From Thiotrichaceae bacterium (lineage in GTDB: Bacteria > Pseudomonadota > Gammaproteobacteria > Thiotrichales > Thiotrichaceae): a stretch of 64,000 nt of DNA. The number at the start of each line of letters is the position of its first letter. Position 1 is the stretch's first letter. Below the pieces are notes generated by a model. The model was given only the letters and a program-made list of their open reading frames with translations. It was not told where the DNA came from and made no database searches. The stretch is taken from NCBI GenBank assembly GCA_026988095.1, contig JALSLX010000001.1, forward strand, positions 2,480 through 66,479, in the 5' to 3' direction. A program made the translations under genes and the position numbers. Positions 41,271 to 53,410 of the stretch are shown here, one piece after another.

Positions 41271-41966
41271 ATGAATGACTCGTCGAACTGTTCACCAAAA
41301 ATTCGCACCAAAATATGTGGCATCACCTCTATTGAAGACGCTTTAAATGTCTGCAATGCAGGAGCAGATGCGCTTGGGCTGGTTTTTTATGAAAAAAGCC
41401 CGCGTAATGTGAGTAGCACGCAAGCCTTTGAGATTTGTAGTGCGCTTCCTCCCTTTGTTACTACGGTCGGTTTATTTTTAGATGCCTCTGAAGACTTTGT
41501 GAACGATATTTTAAAAAATGTGCCTTTAGATTTATTACAGTTTCATGGTTCTGAATCACCTGAGTATTGTGCCTCATTTAATCGTCCTTATATTAAAGCA
41601 GTAGGCATGAAAGAGTTTTTGCAAAGTAAAAACCAAGATAATATAGAAACGAGCTTTAAAAAATATGCAGATCAATACCCACAAGCACAGGGATTTTTGG
41701 TCGATAGCCACGGTGCTGGCAAAGCGGGTGGCACGGGTGAAACATTTAATTGGAAGAAAGTACCCAAAAAATATGATAAACCCATTATTTTAGCGGGTGG
41801 GCTGTGCTCTGAAAACATATCAGAAGCTCTCCAAACAGCTGATTCTATTTATGGCGTGGATTTAAGCAGCGGTGTTGAAAGCGCACTGGGAATTAAAGAT
41901 AAAGAAAAAATAAAGGCATTAATGAGAAATATAAGAATGAGTGAGGTACGACGTGTCCAGAGTTGA
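41271..41966 (+). CDS. trpF: Phosphoribosylanthranilate isomerase
   Basis: [37 protein letters not shown]. Confidence 0.96.
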   Translation: MNDSSNCSPKIRTKICGITSIEDALNVCNAGADALGLVFYEKSPRNVSSTQAFEICSALPPFVTTVGLFLDASEDFVNDILKNVPLDLLQFHGSESPEYCASFNRPYIKAVGMKEFLQSKNQDNIETSFKKYADQYPQAQGFLVDSHGAGKAGGTGETFNWKKVPKKYDKPIILAGGLCSENISEALQTADSIYGVDLSSGVESALGIKDKEKIKALMRNIRMSEVRRVQS

Positions 41967-43203
41967 AAATGATAAGAACCTAGTCGGCATAGATTTAAGC
42001 ACAGTCGATTGGAGTAGCTTTCCTGATGAGAAGGGTCATTTTGGAATCTATGGTGGACGCTTTGCAGCCGAAACATTAATGGATGCAATTGAAGAATTAG
42101 GTGAAGCTTACGAGTCACTCAAAAATGATGCTCAATTCCAAAAAGATTACGATGACGATTTACGCCATTATGTCGGCCGCCCTAGCCCGCTTTATCACGC
42201 TAAACGTTGGTCAAAAGAGTTAGGTGGAGCGCAGATTTATCTAAAACGTGAAGATTTAAATCACACAGGTGCGCACAAGATCAATAACACCATTGGGCAA
42301 GCCTTGCTCGCCAAACACATGGGCAAGCCTCGCATTATCGCAGAGACTGGTGCAGGTCAGCACGGCGTTGCAACGGCAACTATTGCCGCGCGTCTAGGCT
42401 TGGAATGTGTCGTGTATATGGGTGAGGTTGATGTTGCTCGTCAAGCCCCAAATGTTTATAGAATGAAACTGCTGGGTGCAGAGGTTGTGCCTGTTTCTTC
42501 AGGTTCTAAAACCTTAAAAGATGCACTTAATGAGGCCATGCGTGATTGGGTAACCAATGTTGATAATACATTTTATTGTATTGGCACAGTGGCAGGGCCT
42601 CATCCTTATCCAATGATGGTGCGTGATTTTCAAACGATTATTGGTCGCGAGGCAAAAGAGCAATGTTTAGAGCAAACAGGTAGATTACCTGATGCCTTAA
42701 TCGCCTGTGTGGGTGGCGGGTCAAATGCGATTGGTTTATTCCACGAGTTTTTACCCGACCTTGATGTTGAAATGTACGGCGTTGAACCCGCAGGGCTTGG
42801 TTTAGACACAGACAAACACGCTGCACCATTAAGCATGGCAAAACCTGGCGTATTGCACGGCAACCGTATGTATTTAATGTCAGATGAAGATGGGCAAGTT
42901 ATCGAGCCTCATTCAATATCCGCAGGTTTAGATTACCCTGGTGTTGGGCCAGAGCATTGTTTCTTAAAAGACACTGGTCGTGCAAATTACGTTGCGATTA
43001 AAGATGATGAGGCGATGGAGGCATTTCATGCGCTCACACGCATCGAAGGAATTATTCCTGCATTAGAAAGTAGTCATGCGCTTGCCTATGCGATGAAGCT
43101 TGCACCAACGATGTCTAGTGATAAAAATATTATTGTGAATCTATCAGGACGAGGCGACAAAGATATTAATACCGTTGCAGCTTTAGAGGGGATCAAGCTA
43201 TGA
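41953..43203 (+). CDS. trpB: Tryptophan synthase beta chain
   Basis: [35 protein letters not shown]. Start at GTG 41953 or 41941. Confidence 0.98.
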   Translation: MSRVENDKNLVGIDLSTVDWSSFPDEKGHFGIYGGRFAAETLMDAIEELGEAYESLKNDAQFQKDYDDDLRHYVGRPSPLYHAKRWSKELGGAQIYLKREDLNHTGAHKINNTIGQALLAKHMGKPRIIAETGAGQHGVATATIAARLGLECVVYMGEVDVARQAPNVYRMKLLGAEVVPVSSGSKTLKDALNEAMRDWVTNVDNTFYCIGTVAGPHPYPMMVRDFQTIIGREAKEQCLEQTGRLPDALIACVGGGSNAIGLFHEFLPDLDVEMYGVEPAGLGLDTDKHAAPLSMAKPGVLHGNRMYLMSDEDGQVIEPHSISAGLDYPGVGPEHCFLKDTGRANYVAIKDDEAMEAFHALTRIEGIIPALESSHALAYAMKLAPTMSSDKNIIVNLSGRGDKDINTVAALEGIKL

Positions 43204-44024
43204 GTACCGCTCTTAATAACAACCGCCTAACTAACTGCTTTAAAAGACTAAACGCATCGGGCAAAAAAGCCTTAATGCCTTATATTACGGCGGGGGATTC
43301 TAACCCTGCTATTACTGTTCCGCTTATGCATCGTATGGTCGAGTCAGGTGCTGATATTATAGAGTTAGGCATTCCCTTTTCTGACCCAATGGCAGACGGA
43401 CCAACCGTACAATTAGCGTGTGAGCGTGCCTTAGTACATGGTACTAGCTTACGCGACACCATGGACATGATGACTGAATTTCGCAAAACCGACAACATCA
43501 CACCTGTCGTTTTAATGGGTTATTTAAACCCTGTTGAAACCATGGGCTACGAAGAATTTACCCAAGCCGCATCTAAAGCAGGCGTTGATGGTTTGTTAAC
43601 CGTTGATTTACCGCCAGAAGAAGCCACTGATATTGTGCCTATATTAAAGGCACATAATATCGACCCTATCTTTTTATTATCACCCACCACAACGGATGAA
43701 CGCATTAAGAAAATTTCCGATGCAGGTAGCGGCTTTCTTTATTATGTATCACTAAAAGGCGTTACCGGCTCTAGCGCATTGAATGTTGAGGAAGTAGCAG
43801 AGCGTGTTGCTACGATAAAATCAATTTCTAATATGACGGTAGCGGTTGGTTTTGGCATTAAAGATGCGCAGAGTGCAGCGGCAGTATCAAAAGTTTCGGA
43901 TGGTTCAATTGTCGGCAGTGCCATTGTGAAAATTATTGAAAATAATATTGATGATGCTGATACAATCATGGATCAAATAGGTGCGCTATTAGTTTCAATG
44001 CGCACGGCTATGGATAAAGCTTAG
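43200..44024 (+). CDS. trpA: Tryptophan synthase alpha chain
   Basis: [30 protein letters not shown]. Confidence 0.98.
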   Translation: MSTALNNNRLTNCFKRLNASGKKALMPYITAGDSNPAITVPLMHRMVESGADIIELGIPFSDPMADGPTVQLACERALVHGTSLRDTMDMMTEFRKTDNITPVVLMGYLNPVETMGYEEFTQAASKAGVDGLLTVDLPPEEATDIVPILKAHNIDPIFLLSPTTTDERIKKISDAGSGFLYYVSLKGVTGSSALNVEEVAERVATIKSISNMTVAVGFGIKDAQSAAAVSKVSDGSIVGSAIVKIIENNIDDADTIMDQIGALLVSMRTAMDKA

Positions 44025-44037
44025 CAAAGCTCTTCAT

Positions 44038-44149
44038 GTCCCCTCCACCTAGCAGGGGGAAGATTAGGGAGGGGGTAGAAAACTAGAAGTAATAATTTAC
44101 TTCCAATATTCTACCCCCTCCCCAGCCCTCCCCCGCTAGGTAGAGGGGC
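44038..44149. repeat. Family-3 G/C-rich REP-like inverted doublet
   Basis: CCCCTCCACCTAGCAGGGGGAAGATTAGGGAGGGGGTAGAA ... TTCTACCCCCTCCCCAGCCCTCCCCCGCTAGGTAGAGGGG. Confidence 0.8.
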
Positions 44150-44189
44150 TAAAAACAACACAGATACAAACAAAAGCACGGAAAAAATT

Positions 44190-45161
44190 ATGAGCTGGTT
44201 TGAAAAACTACTTCCCTCACGTATTCGTACAGATAGTACAACGGCAAAAAAACGTTCAATCCCAGAAGGGCTTTGGCATAAATGCCCATCTTGTAGCGCT
44301 GTCCTTTATCGAGCTGACCTTGAAAGAAACCTAGAAGTTTGCCCTAAATGTAATCATCACGAGAGATTGGGCGGACGTACAAGGCTCAACCTATTCCTAG
44401 ATAAAGAAAACCGCGAAAATATTGCAGAAAATATCACACCTATTGATATTTTAGGTTTTAAAGACGGTAAAAAATATAAAGATAGAATTACCGAAGCACA
44501 AAAAAAACGTGGCGAAAAAGATGCTCTACTCGTCACAAAAGGCCAAGTACATGGCATACCATTAGTTGCCGCGGCATTTGATTTTGGTTTTATGGGCGGT
44601 TCAATGGGTTCGGTTGTTGGCGAGCGTTTTGTGCAAGGTGTAGATGTTTGTATTCGCGAAAAAATTCCGTTTGTTGTGTTCTCTGCCAGTGGTGGAGCGC
44701 GTATGCAAGAAGCGCTTTTCTCATTAATGCAAATGGCAAAAACTAGCGCTGCTTTAACACGCTTATCAGATGCTGGCTTGCCCTTTATCTCTGTGCTTAC
44801 CGACCCAACTATGGGCGGTGTATCAGCTAGTTTTGCAATGTTAGGCGATACCATTATCGCTGAACCAAATGCATTAATAGGTTTTGCGGGGCCTCGCGTT
44901 ATTGAGCAAACCGTAGGTGAAACATTACCAGAAGGTTTTCAACGCAGTGAATTTTTAATTGAAAAAGGTGCGATTGATCGCATTATATCTCGTCATCAAT
45001 TACGTTCTGAAATCGCTGATATGCTTTGCCTTTTTATGCACAAACCTCGCCCAGAAAACATGGCAGAGACAGACGCAATTGTTCAGCCTGAGCCTATTGT
45101 GGCTTCTGAAGCTGATCAGAAGCCTGAAGAAAACGCTAGTACCGAGAGCGACAATAAATAA
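44190..45161 (+). CDS. accD: Acetyl-CoA carboxylase carboxyltransferase beta subunit
   Basis: WHKCPSC...CPKC Zn finger, [24 protein letters not shown]. Confidence 0.98.
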   Translation: MSWFEKLLPSRIRTDSTTAKKRSIPEGLWHKCPSCSAVLYRADLERNLEVCPKCNHHERLGGRTRLNLFLDKENRENIAENITPIDILGFKDGKKYKDRITEAQKKRGEKDALLVTKGQVHGIPLVAAAFDFGFMGGSMGSVVGERFVQGVDVCIREKIPFVVFSASGGARMQEALFSLMQMAKTSAALTRLSDAGLPFISVLTDPTMGGVSASFAMLGDTIIAEPNALIGFAGPRVIEQTVGETLPEGFQRSEFLIEKGAIDRIISRHQLRSEIADMLCLFMHKPRPENMAETDAIVQPEPIVASEADQKPEENASTESDNK

Positions 45162-45201
45162 GCTAGTTTAATTTATTTAAAAGCCATTAACCTACAATAG
45201 C

Positions 45202-46491
45202 ATGAAAAAAACATTAGCCGACTGGCTAAACTGGCAAGAAACACTTCACTTATCTGAGATTGATCTTGGATTAAATCGGATTCGTGAAGTTGCCAGAAAG
45301 CTGAATTTACTCTCTCCTGATTTTCCCATCATTACCGTTGCTGGCACGAATGGAAAAGGCTCTTGCGTTGCATTATTTGAATCCATTTTAAATGCGCAAG
45401 GGTACAATACAGGCAGTTATACCTCTCCTCATCTCATTGATTATAACGAGCGTATTAAGCTCAACAGCATCAATACCAGTGATAGCTTAATCGTAGAAGC
45501 ATTTGAAGAAATTGATAATGCACGAGATGGTATAAGCCTTACTTACTTTGAGTTTGGCACACTCGCTGCGATGCTGATATTCAAGCAACAAAAAATAGAT
45601 GTGGCTATATTAGAAGTGGGTTTAGGCGGTCGCTTAGATGCATCGAATCTTTGGGATACATCACTCGCCATAATCACTAGCATAGGTATCGATCATGTAG
45701 ATTGGCTAGGTGATAATCGAGAAATAATAGCTGTCGAAAAGTCAGGTATTATGCGCAAAAATACTCCTGTGGTTTGTGGGGATTTAGATCCTCCTCATGC
45801 AATCGCAAAAAAAGCCAAACAAATAGGAGCCAAACTTTCTCAAATTAATAATGATTTTTCATATCATAAGAATGACGATAACACATGGAACTGGGAAGGA
45901 TTTAATAAATCCTACACACTACCCTTGCCTGCGCTAGCGGGAGAGTTTCAACTTAATAATTCTGCTACGGTTATTGCTGGCTTAGTTACTTTTAACAATG
46001 TATTAGAAGTAGATTCAAACAATATAAAACAAGGGCTTAAAAACGTATCCATCATAGGAAGACTACAAACCATTCATCAAAAACCTAACTGGATAATTGA
46101 TGTAGCACACAACCCTCATGCGGCAAAACAACTTGCAAAACACTTAAACTCAAATCCTATAACAGGAAAAACAATCGCCTTGTTTTCGATATTAAAGGAT
46201 AAAGATATTGATCAAGTCATTTCCATTATGGATTTAAATATTGATGAATGGCATATTGTAGAATTAGAAGGATCTAGAAGCACTCGCATAAATAATTTAG
46301 AAAAAGCCATTACAAAACAAAACTCAAATAAAATAGTTAAAACTCATCAAAACTTTTTAGATGCTTGTAAATCACTCAAAAGCACGAGTAATTTACAAGA
46401 TAGAGTAGTCGCTTTCGGCTCTTTTCTGGTAGTATCCGAAGTTATAAATGCATGTCATCAAATAGACGGATTGGGTGATAAATTAAATTAG
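45202..46491 (+). CDS. folC: Bifunctional folylpolyglutamate synthase/dihydrofolate synthase
   Basis: VAGTNGKGS, LEVGLGGRLDA, DVAHNP, FGSF. Confidence 0.97.
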   Translation: MKKTLADWLNWQETLHLSEIDLGLNRIREVARKLNLLSPDFPIITVAGTNGKGSCVALFESILNAQGYNTGSYTSPHLIDYNERIKLNSINTSDSLIVEAFEEIDNARDGISLTYFEFGTLAAMLIFKQQKIDVAILEVGLGGRLDASNLWDTSLAIITSIGIDHVDWLGDNREIIAVEKSGIMRKNTPVVCGDLDPPHAIAKKAKQIGAKLSQINNDFSYHKNDDNTWNWEGFNKSYTLPLPALAGEFQLNNSATVIAGLVTFNNVLEVDSNNIKQGLKNVSIIGRLQTIHQKPNWIIDVAHNPHAAKQLAKHLNSNPITGKTIALFSILKDKDIDQVISIMDLNIDEWHIVELEGSRSTRINNLEKAITKQNSNKIVKTHQNFLDACKSLKSTSNLQDRVVAFGSFLVVSEVINACHQIDGLGDKLN

Positions 46492-46533
46492 CATTTCCTA
46501 CACACTCTACACATAAGGAGCATTAAAAGAATC

Positions 46534-47433
46534 ATGGATAACGCAATGGTAAAACGTGGTATTGGAGCGGTTGTTTTAGCAGTAATTGCAGCATTGTTAT
46601 TAGGCTATTTGCTTAAAGATAAAAGCCGTGAAAGAGAAGAAGTTGTCATGAAACTTCCGAATGCGCCCGAAATGAATATACCCAGCCTAACCGGTAGTTT
46701 TACAGATTCAAGTGATGCAAATACACCATCATTACTTGATAAGGCTAAAGCAACTATCAGTGAGACCACAAGTAATGTCACTGACTCTATTAAAGAATCA
46801 GGCTCAGCAATCATTGCATCTTCTACTGACGCTATTAGTAATGCAACAGACATGGCAAAAAGTTCGACTAAAGCAACAATGGACTCAACTTCAGCGTCCA
46901 TTCAAAGCATGAAACCAGGTTTTGCAATTAGACCATCACGTCAAAATGAAGAAAAAGAAATTGTTGATATAAAGGAACAGCCTACTAAAAATACTCCTGC
47001 TATCGAAGAAACCGTAAGTACGGCAAAAGAAACTGTAGTAGCAAGTACCAATGTTGCTAGTACAAAAACATTTAAACCCCAAATAGTAGAGAAAAAACCA
47101 ACAAAAAAGAAAGCTCCTAAGCAAGCTAAGGCAGCACCTGCCAAACCTAAGCCTCCAACAAATAGCAGTATTTCAACAACCCCAATAGGTAAATACTCTA
47201 TACAATTATTAGCAACATCGAGTCCATTACGCGCAAATAAACTGGCTAAAACAATGAAAAGTGAAGGTTACAAAGTGTTCGTTACACAAGCAACTCGTGA
47301 AGATAAAATCCTGTACCGAGTGCGAGTAGGTGGCCATGCAAATAGATCTACAGCAATAAAAGCACAAGAAGGCATGAAAAGACGCTACCAGAAAAATTTC
47401 TTCGTGCAAAATAGCCTAGTTATTTCTAACTAA
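46534..47433 (+). CDS. dedD: DedD-like SPOR-domain cell division protein
   Basis: N-terminal TM (KRGIGAVVL), Ser/Thr/Lys-rich linker, C-terminal SPOR (YRVRVG); lies between folC and cvpA. Confidence 0.8.
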   Translation: MDNAMVKRGIGAVVLAVIAALLLGYLLKDKSREREEVVMKLPNAPEMNIPSLTGSFTDSSDANTPSLLDKAKATISETTSNVTDSIKESGSAIIASSTDAISNATDMAKSSTKATMDSTSASIQSMKPGFAIRPSRQNEEKEIVDIKEQPTKNTPAIEETVSTAKETVVASTNVASTKTFKPQIVEKKPTKKKAPKQAKAAPAKPKPPTNSSISTTPIGKYSIQLLATSSPLRANKLAKTMKSEGYKVFVTQATREDKILYRVRVGGHANRSTAIKAQEGMKRRYQKNFFVQNSLVISN

Positions 47434-47511
47434 ATTATTCTAATTAATACTTCAACTGAAACTAGTTAAAGCAATCTTTACCCAACCCTTCCCCCAAAAG
47501 GATTATTGTAG

Positions 47512-48090
47512 ATGGATGTGAATATTTTTGATATCGGTATAATTGTGATCATACTGATTACAGCTCTGATTGGTTTTATGCGCGGTATCGTGTGGATGAC
47601 GGTTTTCTTAGCTACATGGGCAGCAGCCATCATCTTTGCCATAAAGTACAAAGACCAACTGGCATCAGCTTTACCCATCAAATTGAGTAGTGAAGTTGCT
47701 CAAACAGGTCTAGCAGCTTTATTGATATTTTTAGGAGTATTAATTGCTGGTGCAATTTTAAATGCCATACTTCATAAAATTCTTAATGCTGTTGGCCTAG
47801 GTACATTTGACCGAATTTTAGGAACTGGCTTGGGCATAGTATTAGGAGCATTTGCAACCACATTACTCACAATGTTACTAGGACTTACCGAGCTACCTGA
47901 TCAAAAGTCATGGAGTGAGTCTAAATTTATCCCTAAATTTCAAGAAACGGCTACTTGGTTAAAAGCTAAAATTCCTGAAGACCTAAACAAATATATTGAT
48001 GACACTTTAGGTGGCCAAAAATCTGATACAAATTCTGCTATTAGCCCAGCAGAATTACAAACTGCTGCACCTACCCCGTCAGCTAACTAA
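47512..48090 (+). CDS. cvpA: CvpA family protein
   Basis: GFMRG, DRILG; upstream of purF. Confidence 0.92.
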   Translation: MDVNIFDIGIIVIILITALIGFMRGIVWMTVFLATWAAAIIFAIKYKDQLASALPIKLSSEVAQTGLAALLIFLGVLIAGAILNAILHKILNAVGLGTFDRILGTGLGIVLGAFATTLLTMLLGLTELPDQKSWSESKFIPKFQETATWLKAKIPEDLNKYIDDTLGGQKSDTNSAISPAELQTAAPTPSAN

Positions 48091-48124
48091 TACCCTTCTC
48101 AACTTTAAACCTTGGTGAAAACCC

Positions 48125-49627
48125 ATGTGTGGAATAATTGCTATTCTCAGTAACACCCCCGTTAATCAAGAAATTTATGATGGACTACTCGTCCTCCAAC
48201 ACCGCGGGCAAGATGCCGCAGGCATGGTCACGAGTGATGGAAAGCGCCTTTATATTCGTCGTAGAAATGGCCTTGTAAATGATGTTTTTCATGAAAAGAA
48301 CATGAAAGGCTTACTTGGCAATATGGGAATTGGTCATTTACGATACCCTACTGCTGGTTCCTCGTCTGCCTCAGAAGCACAGCCATTTTATGTGAATTCC
48401 CCTTACGGAATTTCATTGGCGCATAATGGTAATTTAACCAATGCTACGGGATTGAAAAAAGAATTATACAAACAAGATCGCCGACATATTAATACTGATT
48501 CTGACTCTGAGATATTACTCAATATATTTGCTCAAGAATTACAAAAATATGCCACATACCGTGTAAACCCAGAAGAAATATTCGCTGCGGTTACAGGTGT
48601 ACATAAACGTTGCCAAGGTGCTTATGCTGTTGCCGCAATGATAACGCGCGATGGTATTGTAGGTTTTCGTGATCCGAACGGCATCCGACCATTAGTTTAT
48701 GGAAAACGCGAAACAGAAGATGGAACAGACTACATGATAGCCTCTGAGAGTGTTGCACTCGTTACCCAAGGTTACGAAATCGTTCGCGATATTGAACCAG
48801 GCGAGGCTATTTTCATCACCGCAGAAGGTAAAGTACACACTCAACAATGTTCAGATAAAGCACGTTACAATAGCTGTATATTTGAATATGTTTATTTTGC
48901 ACGCCCTGACTCTGTCATTGACAATGTATTTGTCCACAAAGCTCGTATGCGCATGGGCCATAACCTTGCCGAGCGAATTAAAAAAGAATGGAAAGATCAT
49001 GACATTGATGTCGTCATTCCTATTCCTGATACCAGCCGCACTTCTGCTTTAGAGCTCGCCATTACGCTGGGCGTGCCTTATCGTGAAGGCTATATCAAAA
49101 ATCGTTACATCGGTCGCACCTTTATTATGCCGGGGCAAACTCAGCGTAAAAAGTCGGTCCGTCGTAAACTTAATCCGCTTGATATTGAGTTTAAAGGCAA
49201 AAATGTCATGCTGGTTGATGACTCTATCGTGCGTGGTACAACCTCACGAGAGATTGTGCAAATGGCACGTGATTCAGGCGCTAAAAATGTTTACTTTGCC
49301 TCAGCATCCCCTGCTATTCGCTACCCCAATATCTACGGAATTGATATGCCAGCGGCGACCGAATTAATCGCCCACGGCAAAACAGAAGCCGAAGTTGCAA
49401 ATGCCATTGGTGCTGATAAATTAATCTATCAAAATCTTGATGATTTGATTGATGCCATCACTACGGGAAACTCTGATCTTAAACAGTTTGATTGTTCTGT
49501 CTTTACAGGCGAATACGTTACAGGTGAGTCTGAAAGTTATTTCACAGAGCTAGAATCAAAACGTAATGACGCAAAAAAACGTAGCAATGAAGACCGCGTT
49601 GCGATTGATATGTCAGATAGCGACTAA
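48125..49627 (+). CDS. purF: Amidophosphoribosyltransferase
   Basis: [29 protein letters not shown]. Confidence 0.98.
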   Translation: MCGIIAILSNTPVNQEIYDGLLVLQHRGQDAAGMVTSDGKRLYIRRRNGLVNDVFHEKNMKGLLGNMGIGHLRYPTAGSSSASEAQPFYVNSPYGISLAHNGNLTNATGLKKELYKQDRRHINTDSDSEILLNIFAQELQKYATYRVNPEEIFAAVTGVHKRCQGAYAVAAMITRDGIVGFRDPNGIRPLVYGKRETEDGTDYMIASESVALVTQGYEIVRDIEPGEAIFITAEGKVHTQQCSDKARYNSCIFEYVYFARPDSVIDNVFVHKARMRMGHNLAERIKKEWKDHDIDVVIPIPDTSRTSALELAITLGVPYREGYIKNRYIGRTFIMPGQTQRKKSVRRKLNPLDIEFKGKNVMLVDDSIVRGTTSREIVQMARDSGAKNVYFASASPAIRYPNIYGIDMPAATELIAHGKTEAEVANAIGADKLIYQNLDDLIDAITTGNSDLKQFDCSVFTGEYVTGESESYFTELESKRNDAKKRSNEDRVAIDMSDSD

Positions 49628-49663
49628 ACCTCAAACATCTAATCAACTGAATATAATCAAAAA

Positions 49664-50215
49664 ATGGATGCGCCTGTAAACATTATTGCAACTGCAAATG
49701 ATTTCATCAGACGTTTTCCTGAATGTCCTCAGAACCTATTCATTATAATTTCTATTAACGAGCAAAAACTTTATCTTATTAAAGATAATAAAGTTATAGA
49801 ACATTACATGATTTCCAGTGCAGAAAAAGGCACTGGAAATCTAAGTGGCAGCTATAAAACGCCACTAGGTGGGCATGCTATTTCAGAGAAATTTGGTGAT
49901 ACTGCAAAGCTTGGTTCTATATTCAAAGCACGAAAAGACACACACAAGCTCGCTAAAATTCTCACTCATCCAAATGATATAAGTAATAAAGATAATATTA
50001 CCTCACGCATACTTTGGCTCACAGGGCTGGAAGACGGAATAAATAAAGGCAACAATATAGATACTCATGATCGTTATATCTATATTCATGGTACAGACGA
50101 GGAAGGACGCTTAGGAAAAGCTGTATCTCATGGCTGTATTCGCATGAGCAATCAAGATGTAATTGATTTATTCAATCAAGTGACCCTTGGAACACTGGTA
50201 AGTATCATTAACTGA
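49664..50215 (+). CDS. L,D-transpeptidase (YkuD) family protein
   Basis: SYKTPLG, YIYIHGT...SHGCIRM. Confidence 0.9.
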   Translation: MDAPVNIIATANDFIRRFPECPQNLFIIISINEQKLYLIKDNKVIEHYMISSAEKGTGNLSGSYKTPLGGHAISEKFGDTAKLGSIFKARKDTHKLAKILTHPNDISNKDNITSRILWLTGLEDGINKGNNIDTHDRYIYIHGTDEEGRLGKAVSHGCIRMSNQDVIDLFNQVTLGTLVSIIN

Positions 50216-50257
50216 TTGAATTAAATAATAAGCAGTGTTTTTAAGCCATTTTCACTT

Positions 50258-50328
50258 ACCACCCCCCCTCTTTTTCGATGATTTGTGATTGTTTTAAATA
50301 CAAATCATCGAAAAAGAGGGGGGGTGGG
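50258..50328. repeat. Family-1 element, doublet (11-bp spacer)
   Basis: ACCACCCCCCCTCTTTTTCGATGATTTGTG-ATTGTTTTAAA-TACAAATCATCGAAAAAGAGGGGGGGTGGG. Confidence 0.95.
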
Positions 50329-50397
50329 TTAAGAATAATGGGGAATATCCAATTATTTAAGTTAAAGCACAGTAAAATAGGGGGAAACTAGCATTTA

Positions 50398-51465
50398 CTA
50401 GGGTAAAAATGTCACTTGATTAAAAATATTCTGTAAAAAATATAAACCCAATATACAAACCAAGCACGCTATGAAAGGAGTAAGAACCCAACCAACTCCT
50501 ATCGAGCCTAGTACCCGCCAGCGAATATTAGTACTCCCCGTAAACACGCCAATACCCACAATTGCGCCAATTACCGCTTGTGAGCTAGATACTGGCACTA
50601 AGGGGATCGTTGGTAAACTATTACCATTTAGAAAATTCTCTAAACCCTGTGATGTAAACAAGAAAAGTACAATAGAATGTGCTGTTACCACTACCCATGC
50701 AGAAATAGGTGACAATGAAACAATATCTTGCCCCACTGTCATCATCACCTTTTTGGAATATGTAAAAATTCCAACCGCAATAGCAATTGCACCCAATAAA
50801 AATAATTGCTGGATAGACGTAAACACATAAGAGTCACCCATCATGGTATCAATACTAAAATCAGTAAACGGTGATGATGAGACAAAAACGCCCATCACAT
50901 TAGAGATATTATTTGCGCCAAGACTATAAGCACCAAAAGCACCAGCGGCGATTAATGCAAATCGTGTATAAGCATCTAGCCGAATCAAGTGTAATTTTGC
51001 ATTAGATACTATGTAACGTGTGGATAAAAATAAAGGAACAGCGATAAAACCCGCAATGACAGGGCAAGCAACCCAGGTGAGTAAGATTATTGTCAATGTT
51101 TCAGAATCTGTTGGTTTACCACTAAAAATATTCCAGCCTACAATTGCACCCACTATCGCTTGGCTTGTTGATACTGACAATCCACGTTTTGTCATCCAAT
51201 ACACAGTTATAGCCGCTGATAGTGCGGCCATAAAAGCACCTGGCAAGGCATTAATAGCACCTAACTTACCTAGCGTATGTGATGCACCTGCACCAGAAAT
51301 AACTGCACCTAATATAACAAAAACACTAGCAACTATGGCTGCTGTTGTGAAACGCACCATGCCTGTGCCAACCGCTGTACCAAAGATATTTGCAGCGTCG
51401 TTTGCACCTAGCGCCCAGCCCAACGCCAAACCACTTAACAAAAAGACTAAAACCGTTAGATCCAT
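50398..51465 (-). CDS. Inorganic phosphate transporter, PiT family
   Basis: GANDAAN and GANNISN signatures; VSSSQAVIG. Confidence 0.93.
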   Translation of the reverse strand: MDLTVLVFLLSGLALGWALGANDAANIFGTAVGTGMVRFTTAAIVASVFVILGAVISGAGASHTLGKLGAINALPGAFMAALSAAITVYWMTKRGLSVSTSQAIVGAIVGWNIFSGKPTDSETLTIILLTWVACPVIAGFIAVPLFLSTRYIVSNAKLHLIRLDAYTRFALIAAGAFGAYSLGANNISNVMGVFVSSSPFTDFSIDTMMGDSYVFTSIQQLFLLGAIAIAVGIFTYSKKVMMTVGQDIVSLSPISAWVVVTAHSIVLFLFTSQGLENFLNGNSLPTIPLVPVSSSQAVIGAIVGIGVFTGSTNIRWRVLGSIGVGWVLTPFIACLVCILGLYFLQNIFNQVTFLP

Positions 51466-52133
51466 TAAATTTTTCGCTTAATGGTAAGAATAGAAAGTAT
51501 ATCGCCAATATCTTCAGCGGTATTTGCCAACTCATCTATATGCTCCACAAAATAAGCAAGGTGTCTTTTACGAGCTAATCCCAATGTGCTCGTAAATATT
51601 TCACGCTGAACTTTAGTACTAATTTGATCGGCTTCTGATTCGTAAAACATGACTTTTGTAACATGATCACGAACCGCTTCAATATCACGAAAGAAGGAGC
51701 GTACCGCGAGTATTAATGAATCAACTGACAGTATCGCTGTATCTGACAACTGCGTATAACCATGATGATAAATCTTAGGGATTTTTGGCGTTTGAATAGA
51801 AAAGCGAAATAAATTAGCTTCATATATATTAATCAGTGTATCAACGTGCTCCAGCAGACCAAGTACATCACCACGAAGTTCGGGGATTAAAGTTTGTTCA
51901 TAGAGTTTAGTTTCTATATCACGACGTAATGTATCCGCTGACTGTTCAATCGTTAGAATGCGTTGCAGATAATTCTCAAAATCATCACAAAGCCCTTGAT
52001 CAAAATAAACCGCTAGAGCACTTTTATAGATTAAACCTGCTTCTGTGACTTTATCGAGAAATTGATCAATCTGTGCTTCTAGTTTCTTAGCTCGTCCAAA
52101 TAATGTTGGTATCTTTATTGCTGATAGATTCAT
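51465..52133 (-). CDS. DUF47 / PhoU-like phosphate transport regulator
   Basis: EQSADTLRR, ESEADQI, ANTAED repeats; coupled to the PiT gene. Confidence 0.88.
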   Translation of the reverse strand: MNLSAIKIPTLFGRAKKLEAQIDQFLDKVTEAGLIYKSALAVYFDQGLCDDFENYLQRILTIEQSADTLRRDIETKLYEQTLIPELRGDVLGLLEHVDTLINIYEANLFRFSIQTPKIPKIYHHGYTQLSDTAILSVDSLILAVRSFFRDIEAVRDHVTKVMFYESEADQISTKVQREIFTSTLGLARKRHLAYFVEHIDELANTAEDIGDILSILTIKRKI

Positions 52134-52332
52134 TGTTTTCTCGTGTAAAAACCTCTGATATTATTCTTATTTATCCATACATCTATTATGTTAATTAATA
52201 GTAGTAGAGTATTTAAAGATGTCCATTTTTTTTCGAGATATGAATAATCACATTAAAAATACATTAATTGATATTTTGTTCTATATATAGATTACGTGTT
52301 GGAAAAACACCCCATTCAACAAGGAGATAAAA

Positions 52333-53325
52333 ATGAAAAAAAGCAGTAAGTTAAGATTCTTTAGCGCAATAGTCGCCGCATCGTTTTTTATGGCATCAGG
52401 AGTTAGTGCAGCAGAAGATTGCCCACGAGGAGATTTGGATAAACGTTTTTGTGACAGAGATGGTGATTTGATTGCAGACGCTCCAACTGATTCATCTAAA
52501 TGGTTAGATCCTGATACCTTAGTTTTTGCTTATACCCCTGTTGAAGATCCTGCGGTTTATAAGGCTGCATGGAAAGATTTTTTAGATCACTTAGCTAAAG
52601 TTACTGACAAAAAAGTTATCTTCTTCCCTGTGCAATCAAACGCCGCACAAATAGAAGCCATGCGCTCAGGGCGCTTACATATTGCTGGCTTTAATACGGG
52701 CTCAAATCCTTTAGCGGTAAATTGCGCGGGTTACAGCCCTTTCACAATGATGGCGAATAAAGTTGGGAAGTTCGGCTATGAAATGGAGATTATTACTTAC
52801 CCTGGTAGTGGCATAGACAAAGTTGAAGATATTAAAGGAAAAACATTAGCTTTCACTTCACCCACGTCAAATTCAGGGTTTAAAGCACCTTCTGCTATTT
52901 TAAAATCAGAATTTAATATGATTAAAGACCGTGATTTTAAAGCAACCTTCTCAGGAAAACATGACAACTCGATCTTAGGTGTTGTCAATAAAGACTATCC
53001 TGCAGCCTCTATTGCCAATTCTGTTAAAAATAGAATGCTTGGTCGAAGCGTTATAAAAGATGATCAATTAAAAGTTATTTATAAGTCGCAAACTTTCCCA
53101 ACCACCAGCTACGGCTATGTGAACACCTTAAAGCCTGAACTTGCAGCCAAAGTAAAAGAAGCATTCAAAACCTTCGCGTGGGACAAGCCAGATGGAACAA
53201 TGACATCACTTCATAAAGAGTTTAAGAAGAAATCTGATCAATTTATTCCTATTACTTACAAAGAATTCTGGACGGTTATACGCCAGATAGATGCCGCAAA
53301 CAAAGTATCTTACGCTTGTAAATAA
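52333..53325 (+). CDS. phnD: Phosphate/phosphite/phosphonate ABC substrate-binding protein
   Basis: Signal peptide; FAYTPVEDP, QIEAMRSG, TSPTSNSG. Confidence 0.88.
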   Translation: MKKSSKLRFFSAIVAASFFMASGVSAAEDCPRGDLDKRFCDRDGDLIADAPTDSSKWLDPDTLVFAYTPVEDPAVYKAAWKDFLDHLAKVTDKKVIFFPVQSNAAQIEAMRSGRLHIAGFNTGSNPLAVNCAGYSPFTMMANKVGKFGYEMEIITYPGSGIDKVEDIKGKTLAFTSPTSNSGFKAPSAILKSEFNMIKDRDFKATFSGKHDNSILGVVNKDYPAASIANSVKNRMLGRSVIKDDQLKVIYKSQTFPTTSYGYVNTLKPELAAKVKEAFKTFAWDKPDGTMTSLHKEFKKKSDQFIPITYKEFWTVIRQIDAANKVSYACK

Positions 53326-53348
53326 GTGACGTATCAAGCTTAAAAAAT

Positions 53349-53382
53349 AAGCCTGAAGTCATTCGTGATTTCGGGCTTTTTT
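53349..53382 (+). terminator. Hairpin after phnD
   Basis: AAGCCTGAAGTCA-TTCG-TGATTTCGGGCTT followed by a T tract. Confidence 0.65.
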
Positions 53383-53410
53383 ATGCTAAAAAAAAGGAAA
53401 TAAAGAGAAG

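Noticed and set aside
44357-44854. 165-aa antisense ORF in accD, and other 60-130 aa overlapping ORFs in the track
   Set aside because: They fully overlap well-supported genes on the opposite strand or in another frame and have no family motifs.
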